From the NCBI RefSeq assembly GCF_009914755.1, contig NC_060939.1: a stretch of DNA of 64,000 nt; one strand, given 5' to 3'. Every line of letters starts with the position of its first letter. The stretch's first letter is position 1. Of this stretch, positions 1-13,174 are shown piece by piece. The notes beneath the pieces were generated by a model that worked only from the letters and a program-made list of their open reading frames with translations, had not been told where the DNA came from and made no database searches. The translations under genes were made by a program, and so were the position numbers. The DNA comes from the human T2T-CHM13v2.0 reference genome, Homo sapiens.

Positions 1-1195
1 ATTTTCTCAAATCTGGTAGGTGAAGGCTTGCTGGCAAGAGCTGTATTATAAAGGGTGCTCGGTGTGGTTATTGTGCCACGTGACTGTACTACATAGCCCT
101 GAGTGATGGTTATTCTTATAGTAAATTTGGATGCGTGGATATAATTATCACTTGTTGTTGAAGAACCCTTTAAACTAGTGAAGTCCGAATCTTACTTTTT
201 TTAAAAAAAATATTGACCTAGTGTTTTTCCTTTGGAACCAAAATCTTCAACATCTCGTGCTATGGAAAACAAAAAAAATTCTTCAGCGGCTCTCTCCAAT
301 TCCTGCTCAAACAAAATGTACCACCTTTTAAGCAGTGAAGAGCACACATAGTGGACTGCTTTTAATGACTCATTCTGTTTAATAAATGACTTTGAGAACC
401 ATCGAAGACGGTGTGAGAGTAGGGGTGCCAATGACATAGATATGCTTCTAGGAGAATATCCAGGTATCCGTAAAGGCAGACCCATGCCAAGGCCTTACCA
501 TTATTCCTAAAAGGACTAAATGACTAAATAACAGTGTGTGTACTTGGACAGGGGGCATTGTATCCCCGTTATTGGAAGAGGTTGGGTAGCTTCCCTTCTC
601 CAGAATCTAACCATAGCTGTTGTCCAACCAAAGGGTCCATTACCAGAGATGAATGTAATAATAATGGAGTTGGCAGCAGGAGTTAAGCCAGAATCTTCTG
701 TCTGCATTGATCACAGGGAAGAGACAAGTCCAGCAGAGATGCTAGCCCAGCAGCCTGGTGTCCATTCCACCTCTCAGGTGCTGGGCTGAGATCCGTTCTT
801 GAACAGGGAAGGATCAGAAGAACTTAAGGAAAGTTAAGGTCATGCTTGAAAGACCTCTGTGTATCAAAGGGAAAGCTGCCAAATCCACAAGGGTGGGGTA
901 GATGGTAACACAACTGATGAAATTTGGAACTTTACGAGCCCAATACCCTCAGGAACTGAGAAGGGAGCTAAGAGTCAAGATAGAAGCAAAGCATGGTTCG
1001 AGACAACTGTTTGCAAGGAGCCGGGAGGCTGTGCCTTGTCACTGGGTACCAGCTATGTGGTGTGTGGTATTCAGCTAGGTTTAAAGGCATATGGTCAGGT
1101 CAGAAAAAGAAAACAAAAATCCCTGGCTTTGAATCTGAGGAGCAGGCTGAGAGTGAAGGAGATATTTCCCCCATCTCTTAATATTCTCAGGGCTA

Positions 1196-1415
1196 CAGTA
1201 TAATGGAATGAGCCTGAGCCTCTGAATCAGACAGAGCTGGTTTCAGGTTCTGGTTTCATTCCCTGTTACCTGTGTCAAGCTCGCCATTTTCTTTTCTGGC
1301 CTAGATGCCTCTTCCTCATTTGTAAGTGAATATAATCATATTTACCTCACAAAGGTTTTCAAAATTTCATTGGGAATGTCAACCCCGGAGCCTGAGTCAA
1401 AGTATATTTTTAATC
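1196..1415 (+). mobile_element. MIR SINE (degraded)
   Basis: MIR-like 'gaatcagacagagctggtttcaggttctgg' and core 'cttcctcatttgtaagtgaatataatcatatttacctcacaaagg'. Confidence 0.65.
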
Positions 1416-2203
1416 TTGCCATTAATAACGATAACAGTCCTAATAAAAGATCATTTTAGATCTGTCATTGTTGGTAAGCCGCTTTCTCTTCCTTCATTCA
1501 ATCCACCATTGTGGCTCAAGGAAATGGCTGGAATGAATTAACTTTGGGAAAGAACTAGATATAATAGTGGGAGAATCAGTGCTGGAGAGAGAAGTAAAAA
1601 GCCACCTCTTATAGCTCTGGTGGATTATGGGAAGCAAAAGAACAACAGCAAGAAAAGCAAGGGCTTCGTCATAGGCATCCTGGCCTCCATTCTCAGGGCT
1701 GAAGTGTTTTGGGGAAAATGTGTTAGAGAAAGGTGAAGAGGAAGCAGAGGAGACAGATGTGACTGTCTCTAGAACTCTGGAAGAAAAAGCAGAGAGATGC
1801 GATTGCTGTGTAGAAGGGTTTCTCCTCCCACCCCCTGCTCCTGCCCGCAAGGCAAGGTGGCTGCAAGGAAGTAAAAGTGATGGGGGCAGGGTCGTGGGTG
1901 TTACTGCTATTCTGTCTGGATCTCCTGTACCAGCCTGTGCATCTCTCCCCGGATACTGTATTGTCTGACAAGGAGAAACTGTTGTTCTCTTCTGTTGTTG
2001 CCCTCAGCTAGACAGAAGTCACTGAGCCGGAGAAACCTAGTGGCTCTCTCTCCACTCAGCCCCCGTGGCCCTTCTGCAATGACCATCTGCCGCAGGGCAC
2101 CAGGGATCTCCAGATGGGACTCATGGCTGCTGGGGGTACAGTTTGTGCTCTTAGTTTCCCTGTGTGATCAGATGGATGGGAATCTCCTATTGAGATAACA
2201 TTC

Positions 2204-3140
2204 TTTTCTTTTTTCCACTTTTGTTACTTTTAATTGATGCACAATAATTTCACATACTTACGGGGTATGTGATATTTTGATACATGTATACAATGTGTAA
2301 TGATGAAATCAGGGTATTAGCATATCTATCACTTCAAATATTTATCATTTCTTTGTGTTGGAAACATTCAAAATTCAAGCTATTTAAAAACATACAATAA
2401 ATTATCGTTAATTATAGTCACCCTACAGTGCTACAGAACACCAGAATTTATTCCTCCTATCTAATTGTATTTTGTGTTTATTAACAAACCTCTCACCATT
2501 CCCCCTTTGCCCTTACCCTTCCCAGCCTCCGGTAACTGCTATTCTACTCTCTCTTTCTATGAGATCAACATTTTTAGCTTCCATGTATGAAAGAAAACAT
2601 AGTATTTCTTTTTTTGTGCTTGCCCTATTTTACCAAACATAGTGTCCTCCAAACTCACCTGTGTTGCCATGAATGACAAGATTTCACTCTTTTTATGACT
2701 GAATAGTATTCCATTGCATATATATAGGCCACATTTTCTTTATCCATCCATTCATTGATAGACACTTGGGTTGACTCTATATCTTAGCTATTGTGACTAG
2801 TGCTGCAATAAACATAAGGGTGCAGGTATCACTTTGATATGCTGATTTTCTTTCCTTTGGGTAAATACTTTGTAGTAGGATTGCTGGATCATATGATAGA
2901 TTTGTTTTTAGTTTATGGCGGAATATCAGTACTGTTTTCCATAAAGGTGGTGCTAATTCACATTCCCACCAACAGTGTACCAGCATTCCCCTTTCTCCAC
3001 AACCTTGCCAGCACTTGATATCTTTTGTCTTTTTGATAATAGCCATTCTAACTGGGGTAAGATGATATCTCACTGTTTTGATTTGCATTTCCCTGATGAT
3101 TAGCATTGTTGAGCATTTCTTTTTGATATATCTGTTGGAG
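2204..3140 (-). mobile_element. 5'-truncated L1MA (L1MA4-like) 3' end
   Basis: T-rich tail at 2204-2230, L1MA 3'UTR sequence, and ORF 2777-3145(-) translating to the L1 ORF2 C-terminus ([22 protein letters not shown]...CWWECEL). Confidence 0.9.
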
Positions 3141-5864
3141 AACACAATCTCACTGGCTTTATTCTCCCCTCTTGCTGGGTTTCCTCATTCCGCTTTTCTT
3201 CAAAGAATATCCCGCCCCAATAAGTCACTTGGATAGGAATTCTTACTCTAGTGTTCAGGGAGAAGAAGAGCTGGGGTTAGCCCTACCTGGATTCACTCAG
3301 CTATTGCATGATGGGAAAGGACCTGAAAGTTTTCACATGACTCTCAGAAGTGGAGAGTTCCTGGAAATCTAGCTGGAGAGCTTGCCCAAAGGGTTCACTA
3401 CAGGGTAGTGTGAGCCTAGGGCCAAAAGCTATCTGGGGGCAGGCCAACCTGCCTAAGACCTGAGTGGGAGTTCCAGGTACTAAGAACCAAGGTGGTTCTT
3501 AGGATTCTTGGGAGCATTGTCCATGCAGCAAAAGCAGAGCTATGAATAACAGCAAGAAAACCAGCAGAAACATCCAGCAGCAGAAAGGGAGAGCGTGCTG
3601 GGAGTCAGCACCAGGGCCAGCACCTCACACCTAAAAGCCAGCCCAGCCCTTTGCAGTCAAAAGACCGGCACAAGACAAGGGGCCACCCACTCCCCATGCC
3701 TTCACAGTCCCATGACAACCACATTCCATCTTGGGGAAAAGGAAGGAGGGGAGAAAATTTAATTGAAAGTTAAATTGTGAGTTCACTTAATTTGGTTTCC
3801 CACAAAGTTGTTTTAACTCCAAAGACAATTTTAACAAAAAAATAAATTGAGATACATTAGATTGCAAATTTAAGATTTTAATTATCTGGTGGGGTGGGTG
3901 CTTATATATAAAAAGGTGGAAACCACGTTGTCTTTGCCTGTCTGAGTTGGGGTGTGAAAAAAATCTGTATTATTACTGTGTGCATCTTCCTATCTGCTTC
4001 ACATGGGAATGGATGTGGCTTACATTAAAGGCCTCAGACAGGGGTCAAGAACAATCACACTGGCACTCAGCTTGACTTGAAGCCCATCACCCTGGGGGAG
4101 AGCAGCCCACTGGCAAGCTGACAGGAGTAGCAAGTCAGCCATGAGGATTTGGAGAGAAAGAAATCCATAAAGTGTGTGAATGTGCGATAGCCTTTGGTGC
4201 TTACAAAGATATGACTTTTTGCTATAGCGATGCTTCTGGGATGAATGGATTATAACAGGAAATACCTCAAAACCCTTTTGCTTCAGCCAAAGCAGGAGCA
4301 GCCCTCAGTGAAGGCTTGGTCAGGGGAACTTCCCTTGCAGTTGATGTGGTCAACTCTCTTCCCTATGGGGACATAGTGGGGCATTCCCATGTCAGTCTGA
4401 ATTTATAGAATTTCACCACTGAGCACTCCTTGTTGTTAAGTATGGCAGATGCCCTGCTCCATAGAAAATAAACAAGTGCCTGCTAGCGAGTGTGGTAATA
4501 GAGTGCAGCCTGCATTTCCTGCCTTCCACTCTAGACCTACCTTCCCTTTTTCTTCCAACCTGAAGCACAATTCTGTGGATGATTTTTCCCTCCATCTGAC
4601 CTCAGATGAGTTCATTCATCCATTTATCAGGCACAAGAGCCAGTTGAAACAAATAAATGAAGTGGAAAGGAAAGGGAGCTTGGTGTCCCAAACCCCTCCA
4701 CTGAGCTGTGACTCAGGAATTACAGCACGTTGTATTAAATCATTTCTTTGTGATGCATTGGGGCCGTGTAAAAGTCGACAGTGACATATGGGAAAGGCCC
4801 TGTTAGCAGGATTGGGGCTGTTGTGTGATAAATGACACAATATGTCAAAGAACATCTGTTATCCATCATGTCGGCTTCCTCAGAACACTTGAGATGGAGA
4901 GAGAGGGAGGAAGAATGAAGAAGGGAGAGAGACTGGTAGACAGTGGCTGAGAGGTGGGTAAATGGAAAGGAAGCAAGACTATACACAGCTGGGAGAAGAT
5001 AGGAAAATGACCTGCTCACCATAAGAGAGCCGACATGATTCAAGAGGATGAGCTAAAGTGAGTCCCTCCAGCAACCTGCCACTCTCCTGTCCCTCACATC
5101 TCTCTTCCCTTTATGTTTTCATGTTTTTTGGTTGTTTGTCTAAGTTTAATCAGTTGAGCATATTAAACCTTCATGCCAGCAGGTGAGGAATGGGAGCTGG
5201 CTGCACAGTTGTTCTGTTCTTTTCCCTCTCCAGACGCACTGCTCTGGTGTTGCATAGGATCTCTTCTGAGCCAGAGAAGCTCAAGGGAGCATTCTGCAAC
5301 TTCATTGGCATAGCAAGCTGTATTAGAATTGCTCAAGTGAATGCTCTGAAGCCAGTGTTTGAGAGCAGGTTTTGTGCCAGCAGGGAACTTGGATTTCTTA
5401 GCACTTCATCCTTCTAACATTCCTGTCACACTTATGCAAATGCCTGCAAAGTTTCTGATTATTTTATTTCATCAGAAGAAACTTCCATTTATATCGAATC
5501 TCTCTTTGTGATATTATATCTGTGACTCTTTCAGGATGGGGCCAGGGTACCCAGGAGGATAGATTTCGACTCCCCTTAAAGATGCAACTGCTCATCATGC
5601 CATCTAAGAGAATAAATCTGTGTTAGTAACTCTGAAAGATCAGAATCAGACATCCCTGCAGCTCATATGCTTTTATTTTAGATGAGGTTACAGGCAGAAA
5701 TGCAATTTTGAAAATAATTACACTGTTATATTTACAGAGTTAGTTTCCTTGGTACTCATATTTCTTTCTAAGCATTATTTTATATCCTTTAAATGTATAT
5801 CTGGATTGTTGTTCTGTGTTACAGAAGCAAATAAAGGAAGAGACAGAAGCAAGATGCTTTGATC

Positions 5865-6020
5865 CAACAGTCTGGATTACCTGAGTGGGTTTTATAAAAT
5901 GCAGATCGTATACTTTAGAACAAGATTCTGATTCAGAAGTTTTGATATAGGGCCCATAAATCTGAATTTTTTGTTTATCTGGTGATTCTGATGATCAATG
6001 TAGTGAAGTTATTGGTTTCA
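5865..6020. mobile_element. MER5-type hAT-Charlie MITE remnant
   Basis: MER5 motifs 'aaaatgcagat', 'ctgattcagaag...gggcccataaatctg', 'ggtgattctgatg'. Confidence 0.55.
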
Positions 6021-6074
6021 GCCTAAAAATTAATTTTACTCTTTTCCTGCCACCAGTACCCAAATTTCCTTCTG

Positions 6075-6510
6075 TGTATTTAATTTCCGCCTCTTCTCCA
6101 CCATGTGGTTATTTTTAAAAGATAGATCCACATTTGTACCATTCAGGCCAATGGTAGAGAGTAAATCCTAAAACCTAGAGCTACTGCAAATGACTCTTTT
6201 CCTCTGAAGACAGTGGATAAAGATGTGTGAGCCGCGGAATTGTAGTGGACATTTTGTTTGCTATAGCCAGGGAAAGCCTGAAGCTGTTGGGCACTGCCAT
6301 GTGTAGCCTGAGAATGAAGCTGACACCGTGGAAAGCAGAGAGGAGAGATGGAAAGAAACTGGATCCTTGATGTATCAATTGAGCTTCTTGATCAGGCTTG
6401 TCTGACTTGAAATCTATGTCTAGGTATTTCAGCAACATCAGTCAAAGTGTTTAAGTCAAGATGAGGTGTGTTTTAAATCACTCAAAACCAAAAAAGTGCC
6501 ACCTGATACA
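6075..6510 (+). mobile_element. Old MaLR LTR (MLT1J/K-like)
   Basis: 'gcctgagaatgaagctgacacc..gaaagcagagaggagagatggaaagaaactggatccttgatg' and terminal 'aaccaaaaaagtgcc..ctgataca' resemble MLT1. Confidence 0.6.
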
Positions 6511-6763
6511 AATAGCCACACTGAGGAAACCTTGCTCTAAGTCTCATCCCAAATAGGTAGGGAATCCAAAATAAGCATGAACCAGACACTAGATTCTAAT
6601 AATACTTACTGAGTATCTGGTAGGGCCAAGCACTATTTAAGGCCAGCGCGGAATATCTGGAGTTGAGAAGGCCAGTTCTTTGAGATTTTCTGAATACAAA
6701 GAGAGGACAGTATACCTTGTAAAAGAACTAATAATATAAGGCAACACAAAAGGATCAAAACAG

Positions 6764-7060
6764 GGCCGGGTGCAGTGGCTCATGCCTATAATCCCAGCAC
6801 TTTGAGAAGCTGAGGTGGGAGGATTGCTTGAGCTCAGGAATTTGAGATCGACATGGGCAACATAACGAGACCTCGACTCTACAAAAAATACAAAAACTAG
6901 CCGGGGGTGGTGGCACGGGCCTGTGGTCCCAGCTGTTCCGGAGGGTGTGGTGGGAGGGTCACCTGAGCCAGGGAGGCAGAGGTTGCGGTGAGCTGAGATC
7001 ACGCCACTGCACTCCAGCCTGGACGACAGAGCAAGACCCTGTCTCAAAAACAAAAAATAA
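6764..7060 (+). mobile_element. AluJ (AluJb-like), full length
   Basis: GGCCGGGTGCAGTGGCTCA start, dimeric structure, A-tail; degenerate TSD aaggatcaaaacag / aagtatcgaaacag. Confidence 0.93.
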
Positions 7061-7574
7061 GAAGTATCGAAACAGAATAAATGCAATCAATAAATGAAAG
7101 GAAGTTAGAGGAGTAAGAAGCAAAGCTCATCATGGGCCAGAGATGTAGAGGAGGTAGTATTTGGATTTGTTAGCCATCATTGTTTACGAACGCCATTTCC
7201 TGTCTCCTTTTTTGGGCTACTCTTGGGTAACTCCTGTGACAAAAGGGAAGATAAGACGTCGATTATCTCAGGTCAGACAGGCATCCCTACTCATGAGTTA
7301 AGCATGCTGATATCATTGAGGGTAGAGCCATGCGTAGTTGACTACTACAAAGAAGAGGCTACATGAATTACTGATCTAAAAATTACTTAAAGATCCACCT
7401 CCACACCCATTGTCAGTTAAGGAACAACACTTCGGATTTTTAGCAGTGGAGAGATGCACCTGGCATATCTGGGAATACTGATATGACAGTTGTGTCTAGA
7501 GTGTCTTAGAGGAAGGTGAATTAGAAGAAAGGAAGGTCCCTCAAGTATCTAGGCTAACATCTCTTTAGTCTCTG

Positions 7575-8090
7575 ATTGAATGTGGGGGCAATCAGATTGT
7601 CAGGGAGAGGCCTGAGGCCAGGTAGACACAAGAATATTTAGTAATTGATTGGTTATGGAGGATAAAGGGAGAGGAGGGAATTAGATGTAATTATGAAATG
7701 TTTAACCTGAGTTACTATGGGACTTAGTGTGCCATTAAAATTTAACTCAAAAGAAAAAAAAAGGAGAAGCTGATTTCCGAAGGAATATAATTCTTTCAGT
7801 TTCAAATATTTTGAATTTCATTGGCTGGCAAGATATTTGTATGGAGATATTTGTGGCGAGTATATGAGAAATAAGGATGTGGTGTACTGAAGGGCAGTCG
7901 AGGCTACAGGTGCAGCTTTTTGGGGTAACAATAAAAGTTAAAGCTGGAAGAACAGATACAAAGCCCCATAAAGAGTATATACAGAGAAAATATGAGGATC
8001 AATGCCAAAATATGAGTAAATTTCTAAAGCAAAAGGAAGAAATGGAACTCAGAAAATAAATAGAGATAGGCTGGTCAAGGAGGCAATGGT
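7575..8090 (-). mobile_element. L2 LINE fragment
   Basis: Purine-rich antisense-L2 signature ('gattggttatggaggataaagggagaggagggaatt', 'tttgaatttc', 'ggagatatttg'). Confidence 0.5.
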
Positions 8091-8344
8091 AATAACAACA
8101 AAACAACGGCCACAATAGTGATAACTGTGCCTGTTTACTAAGTGCCAGACACTATGCTTAAGCACTACATGAATATACCTTAGAAGGATCAAAGGCATTT
8201 TTTCTCTCCCAAGCAAAGAAAAAAGGATCAGAGGACAGATGTAATTACAGAAAAATCCAAGGCAACTCATACTAGCTGTCTTTCAAGTGGGTTATGAGAT
8301 CTTCAATTGGTAGAATGGGGTTCTGCCCTTGAGAAGCATATTCA

Positions 8345-8580
8345 ACAGTGGTACAGTGGTTGAACGTCTATGCTATGGAGATGGCAAGACCTGGGATTGA
8401 AACCCTGGTCTGCACTTAACTAGCTGTGTGGATTCTTGGCCAAGTGGCCCAGTTTCTTCCTCTGTAAAAATGTGGAGGATTTTACCTACCACACAGGCTC
8501 ATGGCAAGGATTAAGTAATGAATAGCACATAAAGCATCCAGACCACTGTCTGGTACAGTGCTCAGCATATGTCTATTAAG
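8345..8580 (+). mobile_element. MIR SINE
   Basis: 'cagtggtacagtggttgaa..gacctgggattgaaaccctggtctgcacttaactagctgtgtg..cttggccaagt..cagtttcttcctctgtaaaa'. Confidence 0.85.
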
Positions 8581-9534
8581 AGTGTGGAGAAGGTAGGAAG
8601 CCTTAGCTGGGACTAGGCAGCAGAATTCTGTTATGTGTCCAGCTAAGGCAGCCTCCTGGTGTTCAGTGAGGCAGATTCTGGGTTGTTGCATGCGTGCCTG
8701 TGAGTGGAGTGACTGAGGAACGGCATGTCCAATCCTTCCACCCAGGAGAGCCATACTTTGGCTTGCTATGATGGTCAGTGACATCCATGGCTCTGTATGC
8801 AGAGAAATAAGCTGCAAATAAAACCCCTTTCTCTTTCGCTGGCGTATTAAAAAAAAAATTAACAGTAAATTGTGGCATTTCAGGCTTCCCTTCTGTGTGC
8901 CATCTGTTCACCTACCCATAGTCCTGCATGTCAGCTTACTCCAGCAGCTTATAAGTACCCCTGCCATCAATGCCCAGTGACTTCTGACTCCATGAACATT
9001 GGCCTGTTGAAAATCATGTCTCTATTTATCTAGATAAATCGATTGTTGCATAAAGCCATTCAGTTCAGCCACCTCCCGTGATGCATGGGGTCCATTTAAT
9101 GATGGATTTGACTGTTAGCTATCTAAGGCAGTAATGCTTATCCTTGACTATCCATTAGATTCTCCCAGGAGAGGTTTATGTTTTTACTCCACATTTTTTC
9201 CTTGTCAAATCCCTACCCTGGACCTGGTGCATTAGAATTTTTAGGTATGAAGTTGGAACATACATATTTTTATAAGGCTCCCTGGCTGGGTCGGATGTAC
9301 AGTCAGTGGTAAAATCATACCTATAAGGAAAGAAGTCTTTGAAAAGTTGAACTGGATTTGTTGGTTGACTGTTTGCTCTAGAATGAAGTGTTTGGGGCCA
9401 CATGCTTCCTGTCTCCTAGATTCAACCTACAGAAATTTTGAACAGTATTCATTCTGTTTATTCAGGCCGGAGAATGACTACTTACTTACCCAAAACCTAA
9501 CTTTTTTGACTACTACTATTTAAGAATAGGGTCA

Positions 9535-9760
9535 AAATAATAGAATTGGGGTTAGAGATATTTGGACTCAAATTCTGGCTTAGTTATGTACTGACTGTGA
9601 CTTTGAAGAGGCTAATTCACTTCTTTGAGCCTCATCTATAAAATGCAGACAACACCCATATCACATGTTTGTGGTTAGGGTTAAAGAAGATGCTGCATAA
9701 AAATTCTCTAGCTGAGTACCTAGGCATGGAATATGCTTTAAATAGAGCCATTATTAATAA
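9535..9760 (+). mobile_element. MIR SINE
   Basis: 'tcaaattctggct..tactgactgtgactttg..cacttctttgagcctcatctataaaatg'. Confidence 0.7.
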
Positions 9761-11609
9761 TATTTTATTTATCTTCATTAGTTACTGATTAATCAATAGA
9801 TATTCTTACTGCACTATCCTTATAATATTCCAGCTATTTATAGGTTTATGTTGATTTTTTTTCTTGGGGTTTGTCATCAGCTAATTATATCTTCTAGGAT
9901 ATGTTTTAACGGATATCCATTCTTTCTTTGAGAATGTTAATTTAGAAATGTATACATATGTACAGACATACTCAAAAGAATTAGTTATTGACTTTCTAAA
10001 TATACAGACTCATTACAGAACATTTTTGTATGCCTTGAGATTATGTTTTATGCCTGAACTGGTTAGACACTTTCTTTCCCACCCACTAAATTTCAGCATG
10101 TGTGACTTTCTCAGTACTTCTTGGGCCTCCCATTGCCTTTGCTATTTTGTTCTATCATTGCTGGTCATGTAAGCTAAGAAGAGAAAGAGTGTAAATGAAG
10201 GCAGAGGGAAAGAAGGACCTTAGAGACATCTAAAGTGTAGGAAGTTTGAGGATAGAGACCTTGTTCTTTACATTCTTATATACCCATAAAAGTTGTTTAA
10301 AAGAAATACTTGTTTAACTGAAATTGTGTTATAATTCTTCTTTACTAGGATCTCTCAGAAAACAGCCTTTCTTAGGCTTCTGAATATTTAATTAGTTTCT
10401 TCTTTTCACCTGTGGTCACGTGGCCAAACTTTGGCCAAATAGGGCTTGGAAATTCTGATTAAAAGCTGTATTAATTTGGGATACCATGGGATAGAGGTAA
10501 TTCCTCCAAAGGAAAACCCAGTTGCTGCTACCTACCAAAAGGAGAAATGAATAGTGGAAGGCAAGAGCAGTTCATGTCCCCTTTTCCATTTTCCATTACC
10601 TACCAGAGACCACCTTCTCAATGTCTTTTCCATGTCTCCCCTTTTCTCCAGGCCTTGGCCACTGTTCTAATGTGCTTTCCTATCTCCTGCTTGTTTTCTC
10701 CCAATTCTAATATGATTTGCACATGTCTGTAAAATTAAACTTCCCAAAAAGTGCATTTACCATATTTTAAAACCTTCCATCATTTCTAATCCTCACTGGA
10801 TAAAGTTTGAACTCTTCTGCCTGGCATTCAAGACCGTAAAAAAATCTTGTCTTTTACCAACATTGATGATTTTATTATTCAGAAATTTCTACTTGAACAA
10901 GCTGTTCAATGAATTGGCTCTTATATCCTAAAGACAGCCTGAATGGATTGGTGGAGGAGCCTTATGCCAGCCACAGTAGCTTTGCCCGGACACATTATGT
11001 AGACTCATTAGAAATCTTAGGAATAATCTGAGCATAATCTCTAGACTCATCTCCTAACATTCCTGGAATTCTTCCCTGTTCCCCATTATAGGCATGCTCT
11101 GTGTGTCTATCATGTTGAAAAACTCACAGGTCTCCAGGCAGGCCAAGTGGCCACATGTTTGTCCCTTAGTATGTGGTATTCCCTTTCTTGAGTGTCATTC
11201 CACGATCTCTTTCCAGTGCTGACCACTCTCACCTGGACACTTGTCTCAGAAAAATTGTTCCTGATTTCTCCTAGTGAGTGGGAGATGCCTCTCATTTGTA
11301 GCCTCATGATGCACTGAATATTCCCTTATGACACTGTAATGTAATTTCCATTTACTCTCCCTGTCTCAATTACACCAGGAACTCCTTCATGGAAAAATTG
11401 AGCCCTCCAAATCTTTATCATCTGTCCTTAGCACATGCTTAGCTAGTGTAGAAGCTCAGGGATGGTGCAAACTTTACCTATCCTATTTACACCCTGTCAC
11501 ATCCTAGTGCACAGAGAAAGATGGGGCACAAGGAAGCTCTCAACACAGAAGTACTTCAATGGCTCCAACTCAGTGATGGTAAACACCAACGTTCTTACTG
11601 AATGAAACA

Positions 11610-12110
11610 AAATATTCCCTAAGACGTGATCCTGCTGCCCTTCTGCCCTCATCTCCTCACGCTGTCCCTGACCCACCCTTGCTATTTCTGCCCACTGGCC
11701 TCCTTGCTCTTTCTGTGACACTGCAGTGTCCCCGAAAGTGACAAGTGTGTTCCAGATTCATTCTCTTTGCCCTGAGTGTTCCCGCTGCTGGAATTGCTCT
11801 TTCCCCTGGTATGTACCCGGTCTGCTCTGCTCAATAATAACCTAATTAGGTCCCTGATTGTCTGATATTATAAAGTGCTTTCTACATAGCACATCCTATA
11901 TGCCTTACCCTTCTTAATCATTTCCACTGCCCTTAGCCTTATGTTACACGATATATGTTCAGTGGTGTGTTTATTGTGTTTCGCCCTTTTCTCTATGGTA
12001 GTTCCATGAGGGTAGGAACTTCGTCTTGTCTGCGACTCTATCCTCAGCTTCTAGAATATGCCTAGTACACAGTAGGCACTCAATTACTGTTTGTTAAGTG
12101 AATGAATACG
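11610..12110 (+). mobile_element. L2 LINE 3' end
   Basis: Canonical L2 terminus 'ctagaatatgcctagtacacagtaggcactcaattactgtttgttaagtgaatgaat'. Confidence 0.8.
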
Positions 12111-12925
12111 TGCTAAAGAAATAAAAGGTTGTAAGGGAACACAAAGCATGTAAAATAATTATGTTGGACACTACTGAATATAGATAGCTATTCCCACCAG
12201 CCATTCATATTCCCTTCTCTACAGAAACAGACAGATACCTAAATTAAATATAGATGCATGTTCCGGAAACTTCAAATCCAATACAGGCACAATGGTATTA
12301 ATAATACAAAATACATCATGTCTAACATTGCTTTGTGAAGGAGATTGGGAAAAGAGAGGAGAGAGCCCGAACACTTCTCCCTAGAGCAATTCCGTACCCC
12401 TTTTCATAATATTTTGGTAGCTTGATGGAGGCATTTTCTTCCCGAAAGCAGCCTGACATTTATCCAGGATTGCCTGAATTTACTGCTGCAGTTACCAGCA
12501 AAAAGCCATCAGGTTTTAGAGTTTTCTCATCTGTAGTAAGCTGGTCAATTTATTTTATTAGCATCTTTTCCAGTGCCTGACCCTAAAATAACTGATTTCA
12601 GTGTTTACATTCTTAGAGGTGGGCTAATGAAGAATCTTTGGCAGCTACTGCCAAGCCCTGGATGTTTGAGTAAAACTTTGTAATAAAAGCACCGACAAAA
12701 CCCCAGCCTTACCCATTGGAAAAAAAATAGATTTTGTTGTGTGTAGTATTTTTAAAATATCATATTTTGTAATAGATATGATAGATTTGTGAATAGGCAA
12801 TTAAAAGAATTCTGTAAATTTTATGGAGCTTCTCTTTCCATTCTTTTCCACCTTGGTCACTGACAGACATAATTTGCCTTTTTAAGGATAGACTGCTATT
12901 TTTTACTCTTTCTTGTTTTCCTCAA

Positions 12926-13039
12926 TTGCCCTCACCCATCTGTGTGACTTTTTCTTACTCTCTTCACTACGTATGGAAGACTTTGCCCTCACCCATCTGT
13001 GTGTCTTTTTCTCGCTCTCTTCACCATGTATGGAAGACT
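12926..13039. repeat. 57-bp tandem duplication (2 copies, 5 mismatches)
   Basis: Unit ttgccctcacccatctgtgtg...gtatggaagact at 12926-12982 and 12983-13039. Confidence 0.95.
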
Positions 13040-13174
13040 GTTATTTCTGAATCTTTGGACTAACCTTAGAAAAGTTCCCTTAGAGGTGCACACTGTGGTG
13101 GCTTCTGAGAGTCCTATGCCTGTCCACATGGAGTTCCTTCTACTATTTTTGCTTATTTCATCATTAAAAATGAA

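Noticed and set aside
201-520. 94-aa minus-strand ORF and a partly open plus frame in unique sequence; possible exon or processed pseudogene
   Set aside because: No recognisable protein family, stops in the other frames, no coherent splice or poly(A)/TSD structure.
3380-3960. Possible ancient Gypsy-like LTR remnant
   Set aside because: Only a vague compositional resemblance; ends and family cannot be supported without a Dfam search.
5183-5340. Plus-strand donor (5183) and strong acceptor (5233)
   Set aside because: The implied intron (~51 nt) is too short, there is no good downstream donor, and the ORF is unrecognisable.
6637-7086. 149-aa ORF (also 19081-19557, 31435-31825, 51224-51491)
   Set aside because: Antisense Alu translations ([10 protein letters not shown].., PTSASQSAGI), a standard artefact.
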